NCBI GenBank assembly: GCA_020891255.1
Contig: BQFW01000015.1
Span: 2,604,001 to 2,668,000 of the forward strand
DNA: 64,000 nt
From: Entomortierella parvispora E1425
Lineage: Eukaryota > Fungi > Mortierellomycota
Direction: 5' to 3'
Below the pieces are notes generated by a model. That model saw nothing but the letters and a program-made list of their open reading frames with translations, made no database searches and was not told where the DNA came from. Position numbers and translations under genes: made by a program. Of the stretch, positions 42,536 to 57,998 are shown in pieces (positions within the stretch are counted from its first letter, which is position 1; each line of letters begins with the position of its first letter).

Positions 42536-44885
42536 ATGACCGTGTCCAACACGCGACCACTATTCTGGACAGCCCTTGGGTCCATGACCTTTCTAGCCCT
42601 CAGCAATATCGCCGTTACTGCTTCTGCTGAGCAATGTCCGCCACCTATCACTGTGACAAAGACGGAAACCTCCACCGTTTGGGCTGGTAAAACAAAAAAA
42701 CAGTTGTCTGACCTCAAAAAAGGGGAGATTCTGTTTTCTCATGCAATCTTCTTTGATCATAGATGGTAGCTGGCCTACCAAAACTATAACTCAGATTGTC
42801 CCCGCAACATACTGTCCTTCTTCTCCTCGGTACAATTGCTTTGTGGTTCACACGACAACCATGGCTGCCCAAATTCCTCAGGCAACTATTCACATGGTCC
42901 TGCCTCCAACACCAGAATCGAGGAAGGCGGGCATCAAGGGTAACATGGATGCGCTGGGACTCGAGTCTGAAGGACTGAACGAGTTGATCGAACAGATGGA
43001 ATCCTTGGGATTCGAAGCTGAAGAGTTTGCCGCAGAAGGAGAAGAGCCCGATCACCCCGAAGCCATCGTAATCACGGATCCCGTCCAGGCCCTTCTGCCT
43101 ACTCCTACAAGACCCGATGCAGGACTGCCACTGCCCACACCTGAGTTTGCAGGACCTGCTTGTGTAAACTACAAGACCGAGACAGTGACGGCACCTTGTC
43201 CAGCAATAACGACAATGAATTTGGACAAAGATGGGTGCGCGATCATCACAAGCACGGCACTCGTCATGACAACGGCCACAGCTGTGCCAGAGAACCAATA
43301 CTTTGGAAGGGAAGAAGTTGATCTGACCTATACATACACGTACGCCTTCCACGATGAGGGCGAGACTTCAAAGAAGAGGAAGCATCACCACAGGACTCAT
43401 CCTCACAAGCACCATTCTACCACCACCGCCGCCGCTGCTGCCATTGTCGCTTCTCCGACTCATTCGACTGTGGCGCCTCCTGCAGCTCATGACGTCGTGG
43501 TGTCGCCTCCTTTGGAGGTGACAAAGACATCCCACACGACGTTCTCTACCCATGTGAGCTACACGCTCTCGTTCGACTTTACCTATGGGATGCCGTCAGC
43601 CTCTCCGCTTCCTACACCCATGCCTGCGCTCCCAGAGCTCCCTCCTCCATCACCTCCAACCCAAACAGCCGCGCCCCCACCCGCTGCTCCGGTGCCTGCA
43701 CCAGAACCTAATGTCGAGCCGACCCCATCCGACTCTGCACCTCCTCCCACACCCTCTGTCACGTCGACCTCTGGAGGCGCTGCTGCCGACTCTGGGTCTA
43801 CACCAGCGGAGTCTTCAACAACACCAGACCTTATCGTCTCAGAAGATGAAGAGTTTGTTCCCGCACCCGCTTCGGTTGATTTGACAGGTATCGGCTCAGA
43901 AGATGATCCCAGCAGTGAGATCGAAGACCCGAGCAACATTAGCGACCCACTCCTCGCAAACGAGCCCCATCCTGAAGACCCAGCGGTCGTGTCTGTCGTA
44001 GACGACCCACCTGCTCAAGACCCTCCTACTTCCACAGACCAGAAAACCAAGGCCTGCCAAGCCTGTGCTGAACCCTGTCTGGTGGAACTCGATATCGTAG
44101 CCAAAGCAGAAACACCCCTGTTGCAAAAACTGTTTGAGAACCGGATCCAAAAGGTGATTGAGTCCCTCAAGATCACGCTTCAGAACGAGATCACGCTGCC
44201 ATCGGCCCTGCCCACAAAGACGGCGCCCATGAGTCCGTCCTCGGCCGAGAACGGACAGTCCATGGGTCTGTTTGCAAGACTTCAAGTCGACGCTCAGACC
44301 TCGGATCTGTTCCTGAAGACCGTGGAGGACCGATGTGCCAAACTGGAGGCCGAGTACAAAGAAAAGCTGCCGAGTCGGTGTAAGCAGGTTGTGCACCAGG
44401 ATTGTGACACGGGCGATTGTCTTCAGCGAGAGGTCGACAAGGCAGTTCAGTTGTTGGATGTGATGCTTTCTTCAGAACTGGCCAAGGACGCCAGTCGACT
44501 CCGAACCGAGATCATTGTGGACTTTAAAAAGAAATGCGACGACCACAACATCAAGGTGGAGAAACGAGGTCTTTTGGGCGGTCTGTTGGGTGACAAGCTG
44601 GGAGGAGCGCTGGACAAGACGGTCGAATCCCTTGCCGGAGGCGTAGACGAGGCAGTTGTGAAGCCATTGACAGGCCAGAGTCTGGTGCAATCTCTGGTGG
44701 ATGGCTTGGCAGACTCGGTCAACACTGTGGTGGATAGTTTTGTTCGCAATTGCAACAGAAAAGGTCTGTTGGATTTCGACACGGAGACGGGCGTGGGCAC
44801 ACTGGCGGCCATTTCAAGCGTGTCGCTGGATCTGTTCAAGCTTGTGTGTGTCAAGGCCAATGCGGATGTCAAGGCGGACGTTTGA
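42536..44885 (+). CDS. Secreted Pro/Ser/Thr-rich (mucin-like) protein with Cys-containing C-terminal domains (intron 42687-42762)
   Basis: Signal peptide MTVSNTRPLFWTALGSMTFLALSNIAVTASA; the splice W-A|D-G-S is in phase; His-rich patch; KR dibasic sites. Confidence 0.8.
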
Positions 44886-45174
44886 GTCGAAGGATAGCTA
44901 CCCCTGCATACGAGATTTTATTCATAATGATGACAACCAAAAGAGCACTGATGACCGAATAAATGAAGAACCAAACTTTGGCGCGTGGACACGTTCTTTG
45001 CCCTTGGACGACGACGCGATGCACGGATGCAATGCATCCCTTCCGCTGGTCTCTTGCACCGCCCATTGGCACCGCCTTCTTTTTGTTCACACCCTTTTTC
45101 ATTTCACTCTCTCATCTCTTTACAAAGTCATTCCCCCATTTGCTTCATTCTTGCTCATCTCGGCTCATTGCAGC

Positions 45175-46461
45175 ATGTTCAAGAAAAAGTCATCCTCCCT
45201 CCATCGCAGCGGTATCAGTCCTTTTGACCTGCCAGAGCTCGTCGAGCACATCGCCTCCTTCCTGTCCCAAGGAGAAATGGCCACTTGTCTCCAAGTCAAC
45301 CACCGTTTCCACAACATCTTGCTCCCACTCCTCTGGCGGAAGTTCTGTGTCCTTCTCCCTCCCCTTTCATCGCCCCAACCCGAGCCGAGCAATCCTGCAA
45401 ACTCTGTCCGGCATCTGACCCCTTCCAACAAGGGGAACAAAATGCCAGATCCATCCACCAGCCGAGTGTATAACCGTTCTCGGGACCCAGTCCTACTAAA
45501 AAGTATCTACAAGTTCCGACCCTTGGTCCAGGTCCTGCACCTCGAATTCTTTGCAGGCGCGTACCTTCAACATTTCGTCGACTCGCCCCTGTACAAAACC
45601 CCGTTTGCACAGCCTTACAACCCGCAAGCAAGCGATCCAAAATGTTCGCCACCAAAGGGCTTGGTCTCGCTCAGGATCATGACAGGCCTCTCACAGGACG
45701 GTAGCTATTTGACGGCCCATGATGCCATCTGCTCGACAGAGTCCATCTTGACCTTGGTCCGATGGAACCGTTGGTTGACGGTGTTGCAACTCCCTTCCTC
45801 CCTTTTGCTTTCTGAACAAGGCGTCACAAAGTTCATGGACATTCTCCTGGGCGCCACACAGCTCCAGGATCCGGAGGGCGGTGTTCTCAAGAGCGACATT
45901 GCCCGGTCTCGGCCTTGGTCGAGAACATTGTCCTCGATGCAAGCAGCCGCCGCCGTCGCAACGTCCCCTCTTTGCTTACAAAATTTGGAGAGCCTCACGA
46001 TCGGGGCAGAGGGGCTCAAGCCTAGGTCCTTGCCGTATGAGCGCATTCGCATAACGCGCTTTGTTCAAGCATGTTGTGCCCGCTTGCCAAGATTGCATGA
46101 ACTTCATCTTCTTTTCATCATTGCGTACCGGGCACAGAGGGAGGATCGCAGGGGTGAACTGCCAGTGTTGGAGGCTGAGCTGGCCTCCCTTGATCTCTCC
46201 TCCACGTCCAAGGGAGCCACTGCTTCCGAGAACCCGTTTGCGTTGTTGCCCTCGCCCACGATCAGGATCTTGACGTTGCCGAGAGGTCTGGGGGAGGCGA
46301 ACAGTTACCTGGGCAACGATCTGGTAGAGTGTACCATTCAGAACTGGGTCAAGAACTTGGACGAGTTGTCTGTTCCAGGATATGTGCCTGAATGGAAGGA
46401 CAATCTGACAGCGCTCATCAAGTGGCACCACCCATTCCTCGCACGATTGGACCTCGATTGA
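45175..46461 (+). CDS. F-box domain protein (RNI/LRR-like type), 428 aa
   Basis: N-terminal SPFDLPELVEHIASFLSQGEMATCLQVNHRFHNILLPLLWR F-box followed by Leu-rich segments. The upstream part of track ORF 44701 is not credible as coding. Confidence 0.82.
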   Translation: MFKKKSSSLHRSGISPFDLPELVEHIASFLSQGEMATCLQVNHRFHNILLPLLWRKFCVLLPPLSSPQPEPSNPANSVRHLTPSNKGNKMPDPSTSRVYNRSRDPVLLKSIYKFRPLVQVLHLEFFAGAYLQHFVDSPLYKTPFAQPYNPQASDPKCSPPKGLVSLRIMTGLSQDGSYLTAHDAICSTESILTLVRWNRWLTVLQLPSSLLLSEQGVTKFMDILLGATQLQDPEGGVLKSDIARSRPWSRTLSSMQAAAAVATSPLCLQNLESLTIGAEGLKPRSLPYERIRITRFVQACCARLPRLHELHLLFIIAYRAQREDRRGELPVLEAELASLDLSSTSKGATASENPFALLPSPTIRILTLPRGLGEANSYLGNDLVECTIQNWVKNLDELSVPGYVPEWKDNLTALIKWHHPFLARLDLD

Positions 46462-46693
46462 AAAAAAGAAAAGTCGTTTTATATTTCTGTTGTTTGGTTT
46501 TAATATTAAAGACGGACGGATTATCGACAGGTTTGCTGGTATTGCACAAAGTTGGTATATAAAATAAAATAAAAGATGTTGGATGCTCGAGCGTATGGTG
46601 GGAGCTCGGCTGTGAGGGGTAAGGGTCATTATCGAGGTTTTGACGAATGACGATTCCATGGAGAAGAGACGAAGCAAAAAAAAAAAAAGGTCT

Positions 46694-49600
46694 TTAGAAG
46701 CACAGGAATCCCTTCTTCTTTTGCATCTCTTCTTCCAACTGACTTTGGAGTCTGTCCTTGGCCCGGATGGCCTCGTCCTTGGCCTGGCGCTCCTGCTGGA
46801 CCTGTTGCTCCAGCTGGTTCTTGAGCTGCTCCAAGCCCTTGCTCTGACTCTGCACCAGTTCCAAGCTGCGCTTGACCTCTTCCAGGATACGGTTCATCTC
46901 CTTGTTTTCTTCTTCTAGCTGACGGACCTTGTTATCCTGCTGTTGTTGTTGCTGCTGGAATTGTTGCTCCAAAGTCTGGCCATGGGTCAGTTGTGCCTCG
47001 AGTTCCTGAGTTTTTGTTCGAGACGCAGACAACTCCTGTTCAGACTGAGAGAGCTTGAGGGCGAGTTCTTTTTGTTGTTCCTCAGACTTTGCCACGGCTG
47101 CGGCCACAGCCGCTTCGATCGCCGCCGCCTGTGCGGCCTTGTTGATCAAGGACTCGGAAGAGAGTGTTTGACCTAATCCAGACTTCTTTCTTGAAGAGGC
47201 TCCCTCATCTGATCGGACCGAGCCATTGTCGCTGTGATCAGAAGATGAAGGCACTGGAGGCAGGGCGATGGTGGGGGGTGGGGTATCAGGAGGGTTGCTC
47301 AAAAGACTTGAGCGCATCGACTGTGAGCTCGCGCGCGCCGAGGACGTGGTGGATCCTGCAGGTGAGAACCGAGGAGCAACGGACGCAGGAGGCGAAGGGA
47401 AGGATGAAGGCAAAGACGAAACCATGTCATCCGAAGGGGCATTCTTCTTTTCCAGTTCGGCAATCTTCTCTTCCAGCGACTTGATCAGACGAATTTGTTG
47501 AGCAGCCATTTCAGCCTGCTGCTGGCGCTCCCGATCCTCTTGTTCCTTCTTCACTGCCTCGGCTGCAAGTTCCTCCTCGGTCTTGTCATCGTCATCCACC
47601 TTACTGAAAGATCGGATATGGGTTGCCATCAATCCAGGCATCATATCCTCGTTCCCAGGAGAGCCAAAAGGAGTAAAAGGTGGCGTGATGGGGTTGCCGC
47701 CAGAGACAGCGAGTCGTTGCTGCTGTTGGCGATGTTCCTCTTCATTCTTGACGAGCTGAGCAGTCTTGGAAACCAATTCCTGTTCTTTGCTCTGGAGTTC
47801 AATTTCTTTCTCCAGCAGAGTCGACTCTTTGATCTCCAATTCCTGCTCACGGATCTTGCGCTCCTCCAAGACTTTTTGTTCATTCTCTTCCCGCTCCTGT
47901 CGTTCCAAGAGCTCCAGGTGGTCCCGTTGCTCCCGCTCCTCCTGCAGCTGGGTCTCGTGCAAGGTCTTTGCGTTCTCGAGGGCGATGGCGGCCTCCTGTC
48001 GCTTCTGGTCTGCAACAGTCAGATCCGAAAGCAGTGACTGAATCTTTTGCTCCAATTGATGAATCTCGTTCTCGAGCTCCTTTTCCTTTGCCCAGGGCTC
48101 CAACAAAGTCGCATCATCAAGTTGGGTCAAGTAGGCGCGCAATTGCGTCTGGAGATCCTCGGACGAGGGTTCGTCTTGACCAGGAACGATCGTCGCCTCG
48201 GTGCCCTCACGGAAATGAGACTGGGCATCCCTGGGATACGAGGGTAGGGAAAGGTTCTTTCCTTGAAGTTGAGACAAGAATTTAAGCATCGTTCTCACAG
48301 AGACCGTGCCTGGTTCCTGAGAATTAATATCGACGCTAATTCTCTTGGATTTCGACTCGTTGATTGTGTCTTGTTGTTCGGTCCTGGCAACAGTGTTTTC
48401 ATCCCCTGTTGTTGAGGTCGGGCTTCCTGACTGATTCTGGAGGACGATTGCATTACTGAGCTGCAAGTGGTGCTCCAGATCCATTGACAGCTGTTGGCTC
48501 TTTCTCTTTGTGTTGGCTTCCAAGGCGACGGCACGTTCCTGGCCCTCTTTGACGCCTTCAACCTGACCCTCCAGCTTTTCTTCCAACTCCTGGATGGCCT
48601 TCAGTTGCTCCTGCTGCAGCTGTTGCTGCTGCTCTGCGGACCACTGACTTAAGGACATGTGCTTTGCAGAGTTGATGGGCAGACTGTGTCTCAACGCCTC
48701 CAGCTCTTCCTTCAGACTCTCCAAAGCCGTCACTGCCTCATCCCTCGACTTGCGAGCCGAGTCAGCCTCCTCATTGATCGTGGCAAGGGTGGCCTGAAGA
48801 GAGTTCACAAGGCGGTTATGCGACTCCTCAAATTCTGTCATGTTTTGTCGAACCTGAATGACTTCCTGGTCCTTTTGAGCCAGAGCCTCGTTCAGCTCCG
48901 CAGTGACCTGGTTGATCCGGGCAGTTTCTGTGGTCTGAGAATTGGCGACTTGGGCGAGGGCGAGTTGAAGCTGATCAATATCGGCCTGTAGTTTCTCGAT
49001 AATTTGCTCCTGCAGCTTGTGTTGTTCCAGTTCGGCCTTGAGGACCTTGATCTCTTCTGAGCGGCGGTTCTTGAGCACTTTGAATCCATCCGACAGCATC
49101 TCATACTCCAGTTCAGCCTGTTGATGAAAAGGGAAGGGGGAGTCAGGAAGACAGTTAGGACGACTGTCACCGTCGCTCTTGTTCAAAATAAAATCGGCCA
49201 TTTTCTTACCTTGCCCTTGAACTCCAAAGCCTCGGCCTCGACTGTGGTGATCTTGGTCTCAAGCTCTTCGATGAGGGCCGCCTGAATATCGCGCGTGTCC
49301 TCCAGCTCTGTGATTTGTTTTGTCAATTCCTGGACCTTGAGAGGCTCGGCAGCATTCAGTTCCCGTTGTTCAGCGGCAGCATCTCTGAAGGGCGTGAGTT
49401 CCTCGAGCTCAAACTTGAGCCCACTGATCTCGGACTGTGCCTCAAAGTTCTTCTTCTCGGACTCTTGAAGTTGATCCCGCAGCTTTTTGATTTCTTGGTC
49501 CAATGTCTGGATGCGGGTGATGCTCTCATCTCTGGTGGGTTGTCCAACCAAAAAAAAAAAAAAAAAAAAAAAAAAATTAACCTCCCCGTCACGACAAAGA

Positions 49601-50882
49601 CAGATCAGGTCAAACACAGATCGGGTCAAAAAGGAACTTGTTTTTCCAATTCGTACCTGAGTCTCTCCAAGGATCGCACTTTGGCCTCCATCTCGCCTTG
49701 ACCCCTGACCAGCTGTCGCTCTGCCTTTTCTAGCTTTTGTCTCAATCCCGACAGCTCGCCTTCATAGGCACTCGACATGTCCTTGACGTCGCCCAACTCT
49801 GTCTCGCGACGTTTCAACACATTACGAACCAGCTGGACCTCGGTCTTTAGGGACATGACCGTCACTCTTTGTGCCTTGGCGTCGGCCTCGGCCTTGGCTT
49901 TGGTCTCCTTGGTCTTTGACAGTTCTAATTGCAACCGTTTCAAGTCTTCCTCCACATCTCCCGAAGACTCAAACGGGGCCTCTGCTTCCTCCTCTGCAGC
50001 TGCAGAGCTCGCTGTAGTAGCGGATCTGGTGATGGGTGTAAAAGAAGAGCTGTTAAAGGACCGGGTGCTGATCGGCATCGACAGTGTCTTGGATCCCAAG
50101 GTCGACGACTTTGGTCCAGAGGGGGCAGAGGCTTTGGGCATTGTACTAAACGATCGAGAGATCGTGGTCTGCTCACTCCTCAGAAGCTCTTCAAACATCT
50201 CGTCTGTGAAATCCTCGGGGTCTGGAGTGATCTCACCCGACCGTGCAGGGTTGGACTGAGGTTGAAGTGGCGTCGTATGAGTATCCGTGTTGTTCTCGGT
50301 CTTGCCTGCTGCGAGCATGGTGATTCGACGACTGATGTTGGATCCGGGGGCGTTGGCACGGATCTTGCGGGACCCAAACTTGGTGGTCGTCGACGGTGTC
50401 TGGTTTGATTCTGAAACGATCGCGGAGGAGGAAGAGGACAGTTGTTCTGCGGGCGCAAAACTCGAGGGTGGGTTATAGGTGGGTGTGGTAGTAATACTAG
50501 AATCAGAGAGGGAGGGTGAAGGTGCTGCACCCAAAGGGGCTGAACTTGAAGGTACTACTGCAGTGGACTGTGCGAGTTCAGACTCGAGGTCGAGCGAGTC
50601 GTAAAACGAGCTGGCGCTCACGGAGGTACTGGGAAGGGCGACCGAAGCACCAGCAGCAGTATCGACAGTACTATGGTCCGCATCCAGGGGTAAGGAGTGC
50701 TGCTGTTGGTACTGTTCCAGGGGAAACCGTTCAGGGGCAATCTGTCCTTGCTTCTCCTGCAAAAGGTCGTTGCTGGAGGTGAGTGGTTGTGGTTGCTCGA
50801 CTGCTGCTGCTGTAGACACAACCGAATGTGTCTCGACGGAGTCATGCTCGCGTGCATGGACCATAGATGGCTCGTCTGCCAT
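46694..50882 (-). CDS. Large coiled-coil protein, about 1,323 aa, 3 exons (50882-49657, 49531-49210, 49117-46694)
   Basis: Ser/Thr-rich N-terminus, long E/Q/K/L heptad segments, GT-AG introns in consistent phase, C-terminus KKKGFLCF. Confidence 0.8.
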
Positions 50883-52823
50883 GGCGGGAGAGGAAGGCAG
50901 GAGCGAGGAAGTAAGGGAAGAGTGAAAGGTTGGAGTAGCCCCCTTTTGGTTGGTCGATAGACAGGGGTGTTTCTTTTCGTAGAACAACGACGCGTTACTA
51001 TCTTCTTTTCTTGTCTACAGTGGAGTGGTTGCAATGGAGAAAATGAAGTGAATGTGAGAGCGTGGATGGAGACTGAGAAAGAGGAATGGAGTTGAAAGGA
51101 GGGAGGGAAGAGAGAGAGAAGGACGAAGGACGGGGACACCACGGAGAGGACCGTTCAAAGGAGGAGTAGGATGGAAAGGAAGAAGGGGAGCGAGCAAAGC
51201 GCGAAGGCAAGGAAGGGGTGCTAAAGCAAAATGAAGAAGCAAGAGAAGAGAGAATAAGAGAATATGGGGAGACAAAAAGAAAAAGAGGGCTACATCGCCG
51301 TGAAGGATGGATGGACGGCCCTCTTTTTCTCGTTCCGTCCACTTTTGAGCCCCTCCAGCTATTATCCACTCTCGAGGGCAAGGCATTCTTCACCTTCGCC
51401 CGTCTCGCACCTCACACACAGGTGCTGTCTGGACTGAGAGCAGTTGGTCTTGGGTCCATTCTCCATACCTCGCTCGATACCTCGTTGCTCTCAGATGCCC
51501 ACTCCTCTGGTCCAATTGCTCAACCACCAGTCGATGAATGAATAACGGCTCTCGGCAACGAGGTCAGGCTTTGTTTGCTTAGTTGGAACTTGAAAAAAAG
51601 CCCCATCTCTCTTTTCTTGGGGGTCAGATTGAATAGAAGGGCGACGGGAAAGAAGAGCCGAGCTGGGAGAAGGTGGCACCAAAGATGGGAAGAGGATCTT
51701 GGACTGATCTGGGAACACACAATGATGCACAACAGGAACCGTTGCAGCCATGCGCGCGCGACACTCGCGTTCTTTTGTCCAACCTTGATACCTCCAACGG
51801 ATACAAAAAAAAAAAAAGAAGAAAAAAAAAAAAAAAAGAGAAATACTCCGATGGAGAACGGCCAAAGAGGGGATCGCATGGGCAGATAAACCTTATGGGT
51901 GGAACGATGGGGAGACAGCAGGGCGAGTTCTTGTTTCTTTTTTACCTTTGTGGTTCTGGGGTGGTCCTTGAAGCTCAAGATGAGGAGAGGACGGATTCTG
52001 TGCGTGGAAAAAGGTCAAGGGGGAGCAGCTTCGAGATTGAAAGCGAGGAGTCGAGAAAGAAAGAGGCACAAAAAAAAAAACACCCAAGAGGACCACCATC
52101 GACATCGACGAGATCCTGTTCGCCCCTTTTGCTCGAACAGAATGCCCCCGCTACCCTCTGCCGACACCCGACAGGTTAACAGAGTCGACATCGGTGCATC
52201 CGTTGTGCGTCAAACTCGTTGTGCATACCCTGATCCTACTGCGAACAATTCAAAAATCGTCCCATTTGCAAAAGGGATCCAGGAGCATGGGAAAGCAACA
52301 AGTTTCAACCGCCTCTGATGTCCCTCGTTTACTGTTATTGCTTCTACTTTGTCAAAAAATCCTCCTGAGGCGATCCTTGCTGTTGCAGAGATGATTCGAC
52401 GCATGGCAAGATCCCCTTTTTATTCGTGATTCCAATTCGATGGCCACAAGTCCCAAGAGGAGCCAAGTCCCTGCCACGAAGGAGCCCCATTTCCAACTAG
52501 CCAATTCTCGATCCTATTTTTAACAAGGGAACTACATCTGAAGGACTCCGTTTCCTTTCTTCTCGAACTCCTGAATCCAGCTGCCGGGAACCAACCTCAT
52601 TATTATTCCCTTCCCTCTCCTCCAAACCGCGTTTGATGGAGCAGTGTGTGTAATAAATAAGTGTATATATATTTTTTTTGCGCAAGTTTTGATTTTTGTT
52701 GAAGACTGGTCGACAGACCCAATTTCTTCAAGCTTAATAGAAGCGTACTCTAGAGGAGCACCCATCGGCGAAGAACTCCACCCTGAACAAGCTTGTTGCC
52801 CTGAATTGCCGTTATTACAGCAT

Positions 52824-54300
52824 TTACCAGTCCTTCTTGATGTCGAAAGACTAGAATCAAAAACGACTGTTAGGGCTGGTCTCATCATTATCGTTTGGAG
52901 AACAGGGATCGTCCGTGTATGATTTCTTACCCAGTTCCACTCCTTGTGGATAGTGCCGTCATCATCGATAAACTTGGACTTTGCCTCGTAGTGTCCACGA
53001 GCCATCATACCGCTTGGTGCCTCCTCAACGGCAAACTATAATTGTTGAGAATTCGTGCTTACGTTAGCCTTTGGATGCTACTTTCATAGACAAGATCGAA
53101 TCTCTTTCTGATTCGCTCGATCTGAGCTTCCTTAAAAGTCTACTTGCCTTCTTCTCGTATGTCTGGGGGTTGGCAGCGTAACTTCCAATCATCTCTTCAG
53201 ACTTGTCAACTGTAAGATCATTGAAGGAAGGGTCAGACAGAGGAGTTAGCATTCCACAGGAACTAGAAAAATGAAGCAAGCAGGTTTGCCCTGATCCACT
53301 GAATGTTTGACTTGCCAGTGACACCCATGCGCTTGACAACCTGACGGTACTTGAGTCCAGAGACAACCTCGTGCTGGACCCTAAAGTTCCCATGGTGAAT
53401 ATAAAAGAACAGTGGCGTGTCAGTGTCTCCGATCCATAAACAAATCACAGGACGGGAGTGTGTTTATCTCTCTTACTTGAAAACAACCTTGAGGCGGTAT
53501 TCAACACCCTCCTTGATGGTGAAGGAGTGCTGCTTGAGGGCCTCCACTAAAAGACAATATGAAATTGCGGCGGAAATCAGCGGCGAGTCAAAAAAAAAAC
53601 CAAAAAAAAAACGCAGTGTCCCAATAGCCAATGCGGCTCGACGGGAAAGGCCGTCTGGGAAGGCTTAAAAGCAAGAAGACAATGGTATACCTGACTGAGT
53701 AAGGTCAAGAATGACATCGGGGCGACCTTCAACCAAGAGCTGAAGCTGAAGGACGACAACGTTGTGGGGATCTTCGAGCTTGGAGACTATTATGGTTAGC
53801 AGGAGATAAAGGTGTGTCAGTGTCAGCTACTCCTTCATTCGGTGGAACATTGCATGCTCGAAAGGAGCATGGCGCGTTTCTGGCGCGTGGGTTGATGATC
53901 ACCATCGTGATGATGAAGATGATGATAACAGGTAATCTGTTTTTGCCACTGCGTTCATCTTTTGTCATCCTCAATGTATTTCGTGTTGTTCCTGCGGTTC
54001 TGTTTTTTTTTTTTTTTTTTCCCATGCGACGACCTTCTTTTTCATCGTTTTTGTGTCCAGTCCAGAGATGATACAAAAGAAACGAGAGAATGGAAAGGGA
54101 AAAAGAAGGAAGGCAAAAAAAAAAAAAGACAAAGACAACATACCACCGGAGGAGGCGACACCGAGGGAGGCCTTCCAGCGGGCCAAGGACTCGTCGTCGG
54201 CGTCGAGCTTGTTGAGCTCGGCAAGGGATCTCTTCTCACCGGGCTTGTAGCCGGTGTTGTTGCCAAAGTCGTCGTCGTCGTTGTGGTGGCCCTGGGACAT
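52824..54300 (-). CDS. RDI1: Rho GDP-dissociation inhibitor (multi-exon)
   Basis: GYKPGEKRSLAELNKLDADDESLARWKASLG, FTIKEGVEYRLKVVF, VQHEVVSGLKY, EEMIGSYA, EEAPSGMMARGHYEAKSKFIDDD, W|SFDIKKDW*. Confidence 0.95.
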
Positions 54301-54324
54301 TGTGGATAGAGAGATTGAAGAGGA

Positions 54325-54965
54325 AAGAAGAGAGAGAGAGAGAGAGAGAGAGCGAGGAAAGGGAAGACGGGATGCGATGGGAGAAGAAGAAGAAGAAGAA
54401 GAAGAGAAAAGAAAGAAAGAGAAAGAAAGAAAAAAAAGAGGTACAACGCCTTCACACACACACACACCATTCGTCTCTCTGTCTCTCCCTGTCCCTCCCA
54501 CGCGGAGATCCGCCACAGCCATCGAGAGGCTGATTGGTCTCCCCTTCCCCTCTTTCCCTTGGCTGCCTGGTCGATATACATATGTATATATGTGTGTGTG
54601 TGTGTGTGTTCTCTCTCTTTGTGCAAACGACGACACGTTCCAGGGTGGGGGGGTGGTGTGGTGTGGTGTGGTGTTGTTTCTCGCTCTGTTGCATACAGGC
54701 ATACATGCACACATGCACACATTGCACACATTGCACACATTGCACACATGCCAACCAAACGTGCATGCAAACAACAATTATGAATGCGTCCAGAGAGCAC
54801 CATCCCTTTGTTCATGGGTGCGTCCATGCGAGCAGAAAAAGAGAGAGACGAGAGACGGACAGACACACAAACAGACTTGAAGACAGGTGGACAGACACAC
54901 ACACACACACACAGAGCCCTTTTCCTCTCCCTACATCTCTTTCATTCATTCATTCATTCATTCAT
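54325..54965. repeat. Microsatellite-rich divergent promoter ((GA)n, (GAA)n, (TG)n, (TGCACACAT)n, (CA)n, (TTCA)n)
   Basis: Seen directly between RDI1 and RAB4; it generates several spurious ORFs. Confidence 0.9.
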
Positions 54966-55180
54966 TTCCTCAATTCATTCCCTCTTCTCACTTATTCTCA
55001 CTCTCACTCTCTCTCATCGCATTCACGCCCCGCAACAACACCTTCTCTTGCTCAAAGCAAAGCACAGCGTTTCAGCCTCTCTGTTCTCCCTCCCTCTCCT
55101 TCCTCCGTTCCTTTCTCTTTATTCTCTCACTCCACTCCCTTTTACTTTTTTGTCCTTGGACACACAGAGGAACACCGACC

Positions 55181-57517
<2,337 letters not shown>

Positions 57518-57998
57518 CACTCTTCCTGTAGACGACGATCTGGACCAGGAAAAGGAAAGAGAGAAAAGCGTGATCGCCCCAGTGCCATAGACAGATATCC
57601 AGTCATTTTTCCTCCTCGACATATACCATTAAAGCAGACCCCCACATTCAAGGAGGAGGGGATGATTGAACAACACAGCACAACAAACAGGCAGATCACT
57701 ACATTGTTAAAGGGTCTTGTAACCAGACCAGAGGATGATGGAATGAAATGGAGGGGCGAAAAGTATTGATTTTTTTTATTGTCATTAAGAATAGTATACA
57801 AAAATGTGAACAAGATGACAGGACTCGGCGCGCCTCTTCTTTTTCTTTTCTTTCATGTTGAGTTTGGATGCGATACAAGTAACAGAGGTGGAGGCGGATT
57901 ATTGTTTTTTTTTGTGGACTGTTGTGGATAGCCTGCCCGCATAGAGTAGGCAGGGGTTGGTGCCTTTTCCTGAGGATGGCTAAGTTCCTTCTTGACCT

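Noticed and set aside
44701-45174. N-terminal extension of the F-box ORF
   Set aside because: It overlaps the preceding gene in another frame and crosses AT-rich intergenic sequence; the F-box begins after ATG 45175.
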